Below are positions 1 through 12,680 of a DNA stretch of 64,000 bases, piece by piece. The notes beneath the pieces were generated by a model, which was given only the letters and a program-made list of their open reading frames with translations, searched no databases and was not told the origin of the DNA. How positions within the stretch are numbered: the first letter of the stretch is position 1; the number at the start of each line of letters is the position of its first letter. The position numbers and the translations under genes are program-made. Location: NCBI GenBank assembly GCA_010909165.1, contig MU008195.1:496001-560000 (forward strand), in the 5' to 3' direction. The DNA is from Anthoceros angustus. Its lineage: Eukaryota; Plantae; Anthocerotophyta.

Positions 1-1700
1 CTTCTTGCCGCCTCCTCTTCTACATTCTTTGCAGGAGGTCCGTCCTTCTTCATGGCCTTCAGGCTTCCTCTTCCCAACTCGAGAGCTCCAGATTCTTTGG
101 GAGGATCGCCTCGTGGGCATTCTGGCTCACTTTGGCAGAGTGGAACACTCTTCCACATCAACCTCCGCCTCTGCATCATCACCGCCACCACAACAGTTGT
201 GAAGAATCGTTGTATTCTCTGCGGATGGGACTTCCACGTGATTTCTTCTCCATCGCATCGCCTTATCACCTTCCTCTTCTCAACACTAAATAGTACTCAA
301 ACCAATTCACACGCTTGCCAAGCTTCTTCTCGATTAGGAACCCAAGTGCCACAAAGTGGCACCCTTTATCTGCTGACCGTGGGAGCCATACTGACTTCTC
401 AACAAGACTATCAACATCGTCCACTCTATGTCGAGAAGAGGTCATGATCCCCAAGAGGTATCCATCGTTCCCATTAGTGACATCCCCAAAATGCCTCTTG
501 ATCTCATCTTCACCTCCAATAGCCTCCTTTAGTCCAACTTTGTTGTTGCATCTCACATTCACACCCGTAGTTGACAATTCCATATCACCGTAGTGCCAAC
601 ACCAATGCTCCCCACTTTTTCGAATGTCGTGTCCTTGCAGGCAGACACCTTTGCACTATCCAACCTAGCCTTGTGGCGCCTAGCGTTCTGTCCATCTTGC
701 TTGCAGAGGCGCTTGACACACCGGAAGTATCGCGGCCGCTCACGCCACGCCGAGCTTCCAACTCGCACTAATTTTTCCATGCACCTCATCCATGACAACC
801 TTTGGTGCCCATGGCTCAAGACACGAGCGCCAGTGTCACTTTTCTCGCCGCCACCGCAGAATCAATTGGAGACTCGTCTCCCTTCTTGCCGGCCTCCTCT
901 TCTACATTCTTTGCAGGAGGTCCGTCCTTCTTCATGGCCTTCAGCTTCCTCTTCCCAACTCGAGAGCTCCAGATTGCTGGGAGGATCGCCTGGGGTCGCT
1001 CTCCGCCCGCTCGACTGTGAGTGGAACACTCTTCCACATCAACCTCCGCCTCGCATCATCACCGCCACCACAACAGTTGTGAAGAATCGCTTGTATTCTC
1101 TCGCAGATGGGACTTCCACGTGATTTCTTCTCCATCGATCCGCCTTTATCCCGCTTCCTCTTCTCAGCTAAATAGTACTCAAACCAATTCACACGCTTGC
1201 CAAGCTTCTTCTCGATTAGGAACCCAAGTGCCACAAACTGGCACCCTTTATGCAACCGTGGGAGCCCGCCCATGCCTTCTCAACAAGACTATCAACATGC
1301 GCCCACTCTATGTCGACAAGAGGTCCGTGATCCCCAAGAGGTATCCATCGCTCCCATTAGTGACATCCCCAAAATGCCTCTTGATCTCATCTTCACCTCC
1401 AATAGCCTCCTTTAGTCCAACTCGTAGTTCAAAGACATCTCACATTCACACCGTAGTTGACAATTCCATATCACCGTAGTGCCAACACCAATGCTCCCCA
1501 ATTTTTCAGAATGTCGTGTCCTTGCAGAGCCGCAGACACCTTTGCGACTCTATCCAACCTAGCCTTCAGCTGGCGCCTAGCGTTCCTGTCCATCTTGCTT
1601 GCACAGAGGCGCTTGACACACCACCGGTATCGCCACCGCCTCGCCACACGCCGAGCCTTCACCCTACTCGTTGCTAGTGACATGGTGTCCTTCACTGCAC
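1..1700. repeat. Tandem duplication of a ~880 bp unit (copy 1 ~1-882, copy 2 ~883-1700), copies differ by many small indels
   Basis: CTTCTTGCCG(G)CCTCCTCTTCTACATTCTTTGCAGGAGG at 1 and ~884; all downstream motifs recur at ~880 bp offset. Confidence 0.9.
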
Positions 1701-2312
1701 CGTCGCTTTGTCCGCCACCCACTCCCGTTTGGCACCAGCGCCTCGCTCCAGAAGGCGGATCGCCGCACGGCCGGCGAACCCAAACGCCTTCCGCACAAAC
1801 CCACCGCCTATTGCTCGCACCACCGAGCTCCCAACCGGCCAGAAACCCATTACTCCAAGCGGTTCTCACAGACAGCCACCGTCACACCTACTATTCCGCG
1901 CACGAGAAAGCTCTAGTGTACATATAGGGACTCACCAGGAAAACCTCAAGCCGGTGGTCGCCTCGAGTTCGCCGCACCCACCGCCCGCCGCACCACAACG
2001 CCCACGTTCCACGAAAAGGTCCGACGCCGACGGACCCAAACGCCTCGACAAAGCCACCGCCCACCGCCGCACCACCGAGCTACCAACCGCCAGAAGAAAT
2101 CGGGTTCACCCTGCAGTCACAAGACAATCACCGCCACACCACCTATTGCCCGCACGACATAGCTCTAGCAAAACCCATGTAGGGACTCCACATGGTCGAC
2201 AACCTCCCTCACCGTCCAAGGTTGAGCTCGCATTCAGTGATGCATGCACAAATCCAATGCTTGTGAGTCTCAACATTAGGAGCACGATGGAAGTGGATAA
2301 CCTCATTATCAC
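266..2312 (-). pseudogene. Degenerate, probably transposon-associated protein of unknown function (frameshifted, duplicated)
   Basis: Minus-strand frames give EIKRHFGDVTNGNDGYLLG...HVDSLVEK...KGCHFVALGFLIEKKLGKRVNWFEYY followed by a basic/acidic low-complexity tail; the DGY...GxxVNW layout recalls TE-associated proteins of non-seed plants (recollection only). Confidence 0.3.
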
Positions 2313-2589
2313 CCTTAAAAGTCAACGAGCATCCCGCTGCTTCCGCCTCCCGCTTCCCCCCCCGGTCACTTACTTACGAGTTTGTATAATAAATTGTCCC
2401 TAGCATATATAGCAAGACTTAAACCAATAATATATCAAATAAATCAATTTTCCAAATAAAAAAATTAAATATATCTATGAAGTTAAAACGAATAGCCCTA
2501 AAAATATCGGTCAAAATGGGCATAATTTCAATTGTTAAAAATCAACGTAATGCAAAACACCACTTAGAGACTGCTTGCTTCCAAATTAG

Positions 2590-4760
2590 TGGTCACCTAA
2601 CCATGCTCACACCCATTCTTGCAGCTAGTAGGCTTGTCGCTATGGACAAGCACGCCCCAGCTTCGTGCGCCACTCATGGGTCGGGAAGACTTCATGCGGC
2701 TACTCGGCCGCACTATTGCCCCGTTGCGCTCTTCTTGTGACACCTCAACCCCTTCAATTTGGCATTGCCACTGGGGCCGTGAGTGCAATAATTGGAGTGA
2801 AGGCATGCCTTGATACCCACCCGAGTGGGTGGTCTTACAGTTGATGTCGAGAACGCCTTCAATACCATTTCTAGGAGCGCCATCTTCGAGGAGCTTAGGA
2901 TGCGTCGCAGGGAGCCTTATACCTTTTGTCCGGTGCTTCTCACGGAGGTCCTCCAACCTCTACTACCCGGCACAAGAGCGTCTCTTGAGTTCTTGTCTAC
3001 TGTCTTGGAATCGACAGTACCCGGTGGCGACCCCTAGGCGGTGCTCTCTTCGCCATTGCTCACTATAGGGCCCTATCTAGGGCCGCCTCAATTGTTGTGT
3101 CTTCCCTTGAGGGCGGCTCTCACATCCTCGGGCACAGGGACAAAGTTAAGGAGGCCTTTGAGCTCTTCTCTCATGAGCTTTCTTTGGTGGGCTTGAAGGT
3201 CAAGGCATCCAAGTGTCTGTCTGGTCTCGAGGATTCTACCTACTTTGCAATTTCCAGGGGAGATTGCTCGGCTTTGGGGCTGCAGTTCTAGGGGTCCCCG
3301 GTTCCCCGACTTCATCGGAGCTTCGACCAGCTCGCAGAGGACCTCTCCCATGTCGAGGACCTCCCTTTCTTTGGAGGATGCAGGTGGCCTTTGGAATTCT
3401 TTCCTCTGTTTTGCTAGGCGCCTGTTACCTCATCCAGACGCCTCCGTCCCCGACACTTTTTGTCGGCGGTTTGATAGGAAGATTATGGATACTCTCGGGA
3501 CATCCACAGGCTCGGGGGCTTTTGAGTGCCCTATGGGCGTCGGCCCAGCAGCGTCCCTACATGCAATTTGGAGGCAGTGCGCTCTCTTGGAGGTCTCTTC
3601 CCGGCGGCTTTCACAGGCGGTTGGGCCCTCTGCCCCTGCTTTGGCTTCTCGGTTCATCCTCCATGACAGCCCTTTCGGAGGATCTCGTATCAGTGTGGAG
3701 GAGGGAACCTTCTCTCCAAGCGTCCTTGAGGCAAGCTAGGGACATGTTATGTTATGGATGCTCGGAAGGACTTCCTCCTTTCTCGACATTTATTCTTGAT
3801 GGTTTCGGGGTTCAGCATCTACACTCGGCTCGGCGGGCTTTCGATCGCCCTCCGGGACCCCTCCATCCCAGGTCCACAAGGCGGCTCGCTCTTGTTGCAG
3901 GAAGGCGCGGTGCTTGGCTATTGGCCCGCCCATGCATCTGAGGGGTTTCACATCGCACCAACCACCTTCACTCTGCGATGCGATTAGTCTTGCTGCTCCG
4001 GCTGGCTTCTTCGCTCCTTACTTGCGAGTGCGGCTCGCCTCGATGATTAGGTACACCTTGCTCGTTGTCCCCGGTCGCCGCATTGCCACTCACGGCGCCA
4101 TCCGCGATGTCATGTTCGCCATCGCTTTCGCCGGCAGCCATGGCATGGAGGAGGCGGATGTATACTCTCCGTCTGGTCGTTCAATCGGTGACCACCCTTG
4201 TCGCGACCGAGGTTTGATGGCGAGATGTGGTGGTTACCGATCCTACGAGACACCATCTCCGCCAGTCATCACTAACGTCGAGTTGGGCTGCTTCTTGGGC
4301 GGCTCTCAAGGTCATAAATATAGCGGGATGCAAGCGGCCACCTCTTTATTCCGCTTGCACTAAAGCGTATGGGGCAATGGTGAGGACTTTGACAAATTTG
4401 TCAAGTCTGTGCCAAAGCTTACCATGCACGTAGACACGGTGCGGGCTGTCCTCTCGTACTTCACGGCATACTTGAAGCGGGTTTCAATTGCCCTTCAGCA
4501 GGCGCTCTCAGCGATCCTCCACAAGGCGGCGGCGGTGGGTGGCATCTTCCTCTACCTCCGTGGTTTGCGGGCCGTTTATTCTTCACGCATATGACATTGT
4601 GGGTGCGATGGGTGACTTTAGGTAGGGAGCTTAGTTGCTCCTCTTCACCTTGACCCCCTGGTCCCCTTTGGTTGTCCCCTCCTAGATGGGCTTTTCCCAT
4701 CGTTTTTTCACCTCAATAAAATCTCCACCTTCAACATTAATCACATTCTCTCTTCTCTTT
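2590..4760 (+). mobile_element. CRE-like RLE-class non-LTR retrotransposon, copy A (5'-truncated, frameshifted)
   Basis: RT motifs RLVAMDK..., DVENAFNTISR, PGGDPLGGALFA; C-terminal RIATHGAIRDVMFAIA; RLE motifs ADVVVTDPTR, HKYS, FIPLA, RVSIALQQAL; stop at 4594; AATAAA at 4715. Confidence 0.85.
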
Positions 4761-7700
4761 CCCTCCACACATGCCTGGTCACTCAACTCTAATGATTTCT
4801 CTAGATTTTAATAATATTAAACTTTGGAGTGAAGAAATAAACTAAATTGGATAGTAATTGAACCCTAGAAGTAAAATTTGAACTTAAAATTAATATATTT
4901 AAATTTTAAATATTAATATTAAAATATTCAATATTAGAACCCATATCATCATTAAACCCTAAAGACTTTGAAATTCAAACTTAAAATATAATAGTTGCAA
5001 CCTCATAAACATTGGAGGAGGTTTATAGAGTCGTCGGGGCGTGTTCGTGGAGTGGTGTTCTCAAGGGTTTTGGAGCGTTCTCGAAAGTGTTCTCAAGGGT
5101 CTTCTATACATGGTCTTTTCCAGGTCTTCTCCATGTCTTTTACATGGCTCCCAAGATGATGCGGGCCACCCAATGCCTATCAAGGACACCCCCGTCTACT
5201 CTCGCCTTTGCTCTGGGGTCAAAGGTGAAATGTCATATTGGGCACAAGCACAAGGATTTCGACAAGACTACTTGGGAGGCACAAGTACGGCTTGCTTCTT
5301 CTTCCTGCTGGTCACCCAATCCCTCTTGGCCTCCCTTGGGCCGCCGTAGTCTGGGAATGGCGGCGGCCCAACCACCTACCGGGCGTTGTTTCACACTTGT
5401 TTCCCGAGCCCCGTCTTTTCGGCTCGAGGTCTTCACAATGATGTTCGCCTTGCGTACCGCCTTCCATTGGATCGCCTTGCGCGGGACCCCGAGGATGAGG
5501 AGGCTTGGACTCTTTTTCTTTTCTTTATCTTCCTAGGTGGTGTCTTGATAAGGGGCGGTTCTTGGCCATAGGTGGTGGCTTCGCCTCCGCCCGCTTCGGG
5601 AGGATTGGGAGGCTCTACAAGAGGAGGATCTTTTGGCGGCAAGATCTAGGTTGGGGTCGGCCAAGGTCGACCAGGTCGCTAGGGCTCTCTGCCCGGAGCT
5701 GGTGGCGCCGGTCTCGGAGGACACCATCGCCGCGCTCCGTGCCCTTCATCCAGCCCCCAGTGATAGCATTCCACAGAATACCTTCGACTTCGTGCCCGAG
5801 GAGCTTTTTTGTCTAGACAGGGCGGTCTTTGGTCGGGCCCTCTCCACTGCCCCCCGACTCTCCTCGGGTGGTCTGTCAGGGACAGTTTATGACCACCTTC
5901 GATATTATTTCTCCCTAGAGGATCCATCTAGTGGATTTTTCAGAGCTTTTCATTGGCGTGTTTGTGGCGAGGCGAGGTCCTTCGGGATCTCTCCCGAGGT
6001 CTTGGGGGCTTGCGGGTTACTAGCTTGCTCGTTGTCCACGGGTCATCGATTGCCACTCACGACGCCATCCGCGATGTCATGTTCGCCATCGCCGCGAAAG
6101 CGCCACATGGCATGGAGGGAGCGGATGTATACTCCGCAGTCGCTCACCGGTCAATTGCACTGTCCGTGCGACTGTGTCGCAGTAGGTGGTTACCGATCCT
6201 ACACGAGACACCATCTCCGCCAGTCATCACTAACCGTCCAGTTAATCACGAGCAGGCTCTCAAGGTCCGCAAATATAGCAGATGCAAGCGGCCACCTCTT
6301 TATTCCGCTTGCACTAGAAACGTATGGGGCAATGGTGAGGACTTTGACAAATTTGTCAAGTCCTGTGCCAAAGCTTACCATGCACGTAGACACGCGGGTC
6401 GTCCTCGTACTTCACAAGATACTTCCGATAACGGGTTTCAATTGCCCTTCAACGCGCCTCAACGGCGATCCTCCACAAGGCGGCCATGTGAGGTGACGAT
6501 CTTCCTCTACCTCCGTGGTTTGCGTGCCGCTTATTCTTCCCGCATATGACATTGTGGGTGAGGGTGACTTTAGGTAGGGAGCTTAGTTGCTCCTCTTCAC
6601 CTTGACCCTGGTCCCCTTTGGTTGTCCCTCCTAGATGGGCTTTTCCCATCGCTTTTTCACCTCAATAAAATCTCCACCTTCAACATTAATCACATTCTCT
6701 CTTCTCTTCCCTCCACACATGCCTGGTCACTCAACTCTAATGATTTCTCTAGATTTTAATAATATTAAACTTTGGAGTGAAGAAATAAACTAAATTGGAT
6801 AGTAATTGAACCCTAGAAGTAAAATTTGAACTTAAAATTAATATATTTAAATTTTAAATATTAATATTAAAATATTCAATATTAGAACCCATATCATCAT
6901 TAAACCCTAAAGACTTTGAAATTCAAACTTAAAATATAATAGTTGCAACCTCATAAACATTGGAGGAGGTTTATAGAGTCGTGCTGGAGCGGTGTTCAGG
7001 GAGTGGTGTTCTCAAGGGTTTTGGAGCGTTCTCGAGTGTTCTCAAGGGTCTTCTATACATGGTCTTTTCCAGGGTCTTCTCCATGTCTTTTTACATGGCT
7101 CCCCAGTATGATGCGGGCCACCCAATCTGCGCCTATCAAGGACACCCCCTGCCCGGTCTGCTCTCAGCTTTGCTCTGGGGTCAAAGGACTGAAATGTCAT
7201 ATTGGGCACAAGCACAAGGATTTCGACAAGACTACTTGGGAGGCACAAGTACGGCTTGCTTCTTCTTCCGGCGCAGCGGGTCACCCAATCCCTCTTCCGG
7301 CAGCCTCCCTTGGGCCGCCGCCAGAGTCTTGGGAATGGCTTCGGAAGCAGTCCAACCACCTGCTGGCGTTGTTTCACACTTGTTTCCCGAGCTTTTTCTA
7401 TGTCTTTTGGCTCCGTCTTCACAATGATGTTCGCCTTGTATCGCCTTCCATTGGATCGCCAAGGCGGACCCCGAGGATGAGGAGGCTTGGACTCTTTTTC
7501 TTTTCTTTATCTTCCTAGGTGGTGTCTTCGGCGCTCTAGGGGCGGTTCTTCGGGCCATAGGGAGGTGGCTTCCTGCCTCCGCCGCTTTCAGGCGGGGGAT
7601 TGGGAGGCTCTACAAGAGGAGGATCTTTTGGCGGCAAGATCTAGGTTGGGGTCGGCCAAGGTCGACCAGGTCGCTAGGGCTCTCTGCCCGGAGCTGGTGG

Positions 7701-8013
7701 CGCCGGTCTCGGAGGACACCATCGCCGCTCGTGCCCTCTTCATCCGCCCCCTGATGATAGCATTCCACAGAATACCTTCGACTTCGTGCAGGAGCTTTTT
7801 GTCTAGGCAGGCGGTCTTTGGTCGGGCCCTCCACGCCCGACTCTCCTCGGGTGGTCTCGGGGGCAGCTTTATGACCACCTTCGATATTATTTCTCCCTAG
7901 AGGATCCATCTAGTGATTTTTCAGAGCTTTTCATTCTGGCGGCGGCTGTGGCCAGAGGCGAGGTCCTTCGCAGAATCTCTCAGGTCTTGGGGGCTTGCAG
8001 GTTACTAGTTTGC
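4057..8013. repeat. Tandem duplication (~1.95 kb) spanning the 3' end of copy A, an AT-rich spacer and the 5' part of copy B
   Basis: 4057-6028 is near-identical to 6024-8013 (stops at 4594 and 6549; B start at ~5013 and ~6961). The join at ~6024-6028 (CTTGC) fuses B RT-start sequence to A C-terminal sequence. Confidence 0.9.
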
Positions 8014-9180
8014 AGAAACCTACGTCGGGGGTGCGCCCTATTGCTGTCGGAGAGGTGTTCCTGTGCCTCATCAGCCGCAGCATTGCGATTCAACTTCAGG
8101 AGCACTTCCGAGAGCACCTTTGCCCCCACCAATTTGGGATTGCCACTCCAGGGGGTTGTGAGTCTGCGGCCTTTGGTATCCAGGCAGTCCTCGAGTCTCA
8201 CCCACATTGGGTTGCTCTACAGGTAGATGTCAAGAATGCCTTCAACACTGTGTCTATGGATGTCATTTTCTCGGAACTCAAGGACGCAGGTGGGCACTTA
8301 GCGGGCCTCATTCCATTTGTTCGCTCCTCCTACGGTTCTCCGTCCAATCTCTACTATCAACATGGTCCCACATACAGGCGCTTTGCCTCCACTCGGCGGG
8401 CACAAGGCAAGGGATCCATTGGGAGGCGCCTCTGGGTGGGCACACTTGTGGCGCCCTCCATAGCCTCTGCGTTCGGGAGTGCCTTTTCCCATCCGTCGAG
8501 TGATACCCATATCCTCGGGCTAGGGACAAGGTGAGGCTGCCTTTGATCTCTTCTCCTTGGAGCTTTCCCGTATAGTATTAAAGGTCAAGATCAATAAGTG
8601 TGATGTGGTCCCCTTCCGGCAATACACCCCCTCTTCACTATCCAGGGGGGGATATTATTTCTCCGCAAGGGCTTCGGATCCTCGGAGTTCCGCTGGGTCC
8701 CCTTGACTTTATTCAAGGGTTTGTGGACGTGGCTTTGGAAGAAGACGTGGCTCACATTGGGGACCTTTCACAAATTGGGGACCCTCAGGTTGCGTTTGGT
8801 ATTTTGTCTTCCTGCTTTGCGCATCGACCATCTTACCAGGACGGTTGCTCCATCCTCGGCCTTTTTATCAAGCTTGAGGCATTTTGATAGGCAGGTTATG
8901 CAGGCGCTTGGGAACATTATAGGTCCCGGCACCTTCGAATGCGCCGACGGTGACTTGGCGCGGAAACAGGCATCATTGCCAGTGGCCTTTGGAGGCACTG
9001 GCTTGCTGGCCATGGAGACCTCAGCTCCGGCAGCTTTCCTCGGGAGTTGGGCCCTCTCTGCCCCAATTTTGGCCTCTCGATTCTTAATGCAGGACTCCCC
9101 CCTTCTGGAAGCCTTCGTCTCGAGTGTTGAGGAGGGGCCTTCCCCTTGCAGGTTTCTCTTAGGCGGGCTAGGGATGCATA
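6961..9180 (+). mobile_element. CRE-like RLE non-LTR retrotransposon, copy B, 5' part (N-terminal C2H2 zinc finger + RT)
   Basis: CPVCSQLCSGVKGLKCHIGHKH zinc finger; QKPTSGVRPIAVGE, HQFGI, LQVDVKNAFNTVS, GTRQG, (A)DDTHILG (intact in the duplicate at ~10437), thumb region ASLPVAFGGTGL. Confidence 0.9.
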
Positions 9181-9343
9181 GGAGAGTACTTGTGAGTCTT
9201 GCTGGTTGCGCATCCTTCCGCCGCCCAGCCCGGGGGGGTTGATGATGACATGCTCGCTTATAGAGTCTCTCGTGGATCCGTGACAACCACATCGATATAA
9301 ATTTGCGCCCCTAGTATAAAAAAGGTATGACCTGAGTGACACG
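9171..9343 (-). mobile_element. Inverted internal segment of copy B, distal half (RLE motifs)
   Basis: Minus strand reads SLRSYLFYTRG..(IADVVVTDPTRD in the duplicate at ~11190)...GWAAEGCATSKTHKYS, i.e. the endonuclease D and K..KY motifs. Confidence 0.8.
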
Positions 9344-9679
9344 CACTACTAGGAAACTCAGCACTTTACTACCCTTCAAATCTAGAGAGAGGATTTTAGA
9401 TGACTGCTCGCTTTACAACGAGCTTTTCAACCCATGTATTATTTTCGTATAGATTTTAACACTTTACAACATGGGTTTAGGGTTTTAACAACGTCGTATT
9501 TTTTATGGGCTTTTGATGACGTGGCTCTCTTTACGTGCATTTACAACATGGGTTTGCAAGATTACTACGACTACTATTTTCAACTTGTGTTTTTAGGGTG
9601 GTTTACAACGCCTAAACTACATTTACAATACGGTGTTTGTTTACAACGATGGCCTTTATTTTACTACAATACTTTTACA

Positions 9680-10415
9680 ACAGAATACGCCTTTTACAAC
9701 GGAGCATCTTTTACAATAAAGTGTCTACTATTTTACATGGTTCTTTTACAATAGGAATACGCCTTTTACAACAGAGTCTTTTACAACAATGTTTGCTATT
9801 TTACAACGTTCTTTTACAACATGGAATACGCCTTTTACAACGGAGCTTTTTACAAAGGTTCTACTATTTTACATCGGTTCTTTTACAATAGGGAATACGC
9901 CTTTTACAACAGAGCGTCTTTTACAACAATGTTTGCTATTTTACAACGGTTCTTTTACAACAGGGAATACGCCTTTTACAACGGAGTGTCTCTTACAATA
10001 ATGTCTGCTATTTTACAACGGTTCTTTTACAACAGGGAATACGCCTTTTACAACGGAGCGTCTTTTACAACAATGTTTGCTATTTTACAACGGTTCTTTT
10101 ACAACAGGGAATATGCCTTTTACAATGGAGCGTCTTTTACAACAATGTCTGCTATTTTACAACGTTTCTTTTACAACAGGGAATACGCTCCTTACAATGG
10201 GGCGTCTTTTACAACAATGCCCAGTATTTTACATTACTTCTTTTACAACGCCCAAAACTACATCTACAACACGGGCTTTGTTTACAACGATGGCCTCTGT
10301 TTTATTACAACACTTTTACATTAGGGACTACGCCTTTTACAACGGAGCATCTTTTACAACAATGTCCGTGTTTACAATGGTTCTTTTACAATAGGGAATA
10401 CGCCTTTTACAATGG
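9680..10415 (+). repeat. CACTA subterminal higher-order minisatellite, 72 bp unit with four TTTTACAAC-type cores
   Basis: GGGAATACGCC at 9891, 9963 and 10035 (72 bp period); translation repeats every 24 aa. Confidence 0.9.
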
Positions 10416-12039
10416 GGTGCCTTTTCCCATCCGTGGCTGACGATACCCATATCCTCGGGCTAGGGGACAAGGTGAGGGCTGCCTTTGATCTCTTCTCCTT
10501 GGAGCTTTCCCGTATAGTATTAAAGGTCAAGATCAATAAGTGCAGGATGTGGTCCCCTTCCGGCAATACACCCCCTCTTCACTATCCAGGGGGGGATATT
10601 ATTTCTCCGCAAGGGCTTCGGATCCTCGGAGTTCCGCTGGGTCCCCTTGACTTTATTCAAGGGTTTGTGGACGTGGCTTTGGAAGAAGACGTGGCTCACA
10701 TTGGGGACCTTTCACAAATTGGGGACCCTCAGGTTGCGTTTGGTATTTTGTCTTCCCGCTTTCGACCATCTTACACCAGTTGCTCCATCCTCGGCCTTTT
10801 ATCAAGCTTGAGGCATTTTGATAGGGTGTATGCGGCGCTTGGGAACATTATAGGTCGGCGAATGCGCCGACGGTGACCTGAACAGCATCATTGCGGTGGC
10901 CTTTGAGGCACGGCTTGCTGTCATGGAGACCTCGGCTCCGGCTTTCCTCGGAGTTGGGCCCTCTACTTTTTTGGCCTCTCGATTCTTAATGCGGGACTCC
11001 CCTTCTGGAAGCCTTCGTCTCGAGTGTTGAGGAGGGGCCTTCCCCTTGCAGGTTTCTCTTAGGCGGGCTAGGGATGCATAGGAGAGTACTTGTGAGTCTT
11101 GCTGGTTGCGCATCCTTCCGCCGCCCAGCCCGGGGGGGTTGATGATGACATGCTCGCTTATAGAGTCTCTCGTGGGATCCGTGACAACCACATCAGCGAT
11201 ATAAATTTGCGCCCCCCTAGTATAAAAAAGGTATGACCTGAGTGACACGCACTACTAGGAAACTCAGCACTTTACTACCCCTTCAAATCTAGAGAGAGGG
11301 GATTTTTAGATGACTGTTCGTTTTACAACGGAGCTTTTCAACCCATGTATTATTTTCGTATAGATTTTAACACTTTACAACATGGGTTTAGGGTTTTAAC
11401 AACGTCGTATTTTTTATGGGCTTTTGATGACGTGGCTCTTTACGTGCATTTACAACATGGGTTTGCAAGATTACTACGACTACTATTTTCAACTTGTGTT
11501 TTTAGGGTGGTTTACAACGCCTAAACTACATCTACAACACGGGCTTTGTTTACAACGATGGCCTTTGTTTTATTACAACACTTTTACATTAGGGACTACG
11601 CCTTTTACAACGGAGCATCTTTTACAACAATGTCTCGTGTTTACAATGGTTCTTCTACAATGTAGATTACGCTTTCTACAATGGGGTGCCTTTTACAACA
11701 ATGCCGTTGGTTTACATCATTCTTTTACAATAGGAATACGCCTTTTACAACGAGACGTCTATTACAACAATGGGTGGAATTTTATAACAAGGTGATTTAC
11801 AACACACAAATCCATATTAACAATATAATTTAGGTTTTTCTTAATATTTTAAACTATCCGTTGTTACTTCCATCGTAAATGCTTATTGTTTTAGAACATA
11901 ATTTAGGGTTTTTCATAACATCTTAAACTATCCGTTGTTTCTTTCGTCGTAAATGCTTGTTGTTTTAAAATGCCACATCCATTTGCCAACTATGGCCATT
12001 ATAATACTTTATTATTTTGAATGACTGTTCTAATTTGTG

Positions 12040-12680
12040 TTGTATGAAGAAGAAATGGAAAAGTGCCCAAGCTCAGCCACTTTTCCTCACGCTGACTGCA
12101 TCTGGATTCGGGAAATGGAGCTCCTCGTGGATCCCCCATTCGAAAGGTAAAGTAAGCGTGTTTCGGGTTCCATGTCCTGCATTGCAATTGTAAGTGGCTG
12201 TCGCAGTATCTGGAGGAAGAACATTACATTTGCGATAGCCATCACAAGCATAGCAGAGCATTTTTGAGGAAGCGGAAGCTGTAAAACGCCAAGAGATACG
12301 CCGTCCCTTATTGATGCACACATGGCCATCTATCGGGAGGAAGGCATGAAAGGGTGGACCACTGACAAATTGCCACTAATAAGTGGTGAGCAAATGATCC
12401 AGTTGGTTGGTTGTGTCAATGGTTGTGACACATGCTGACGGATGGCTGATTGGGTCGCAGACGTGCCTGAGGGAGCGATTATTATTCGGGAGCACAATCC
12501 GCTCAATAATCTGTTCTGTTGCCTGTGGTTCAACGCAGACCGCTTTACTCCTCGGGACCAGCTGAGCTTTGGCTACGTGGTGTTCAGCTCAATGGGTCTT
12601 TTCCGTTCTTCATGTTCCCCAACTGTGAGTATAACTCTCTTACACGCCATGACACTCAGAACACTCCTCTAAGGTTGAAT
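12040..12680 (+). pseudogene. Captured 3' part of a DUF616 (MUCI70/TOD1-like glycosyltransferase domain) gene with introns
   Basis: Frameshifted reading: NGKVPKL..CIWI.GKMELLVDP; WRKNITFAIA; YARPLIDAHMAIYREEGMKGW; DVPEGAIIIREHNPLNNLFCCLWFN; FTPRDQLSFGYVV; FPFFMFPNCEYNSL. GT-AG intron between LIS and DVPEG (~12386-12459) and a probable intron after ~12145. Confidence 0.85.

Larger units (their letters stand above)
8479..11694. repeat. Tandem duplication of B RT 3' half + inverted segment + CACTA left end (8479-10425 and 10417-11694)
   Basis: Second TIR+TSD at 11247-11262; join at GTGCCTTTT, shared by the RT (8479) and the subterminal repeats (10417, 11686); the second copy lacks most of the 72 bp array. 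Confidence 0.88.

Noticed and set aside
4860-4965. AACCCTAG/AAACCCTAAA telomere-like motifs in the A-B spacer
   Set aside because: Isolated single copies in AT-rich DNA, not a telomeric array
9434-11795. ORFs rich in FYN/LLQ/FTT repeats
   Set aside because: They are translations of the TTTTACAAC subterminal array, open in several frames
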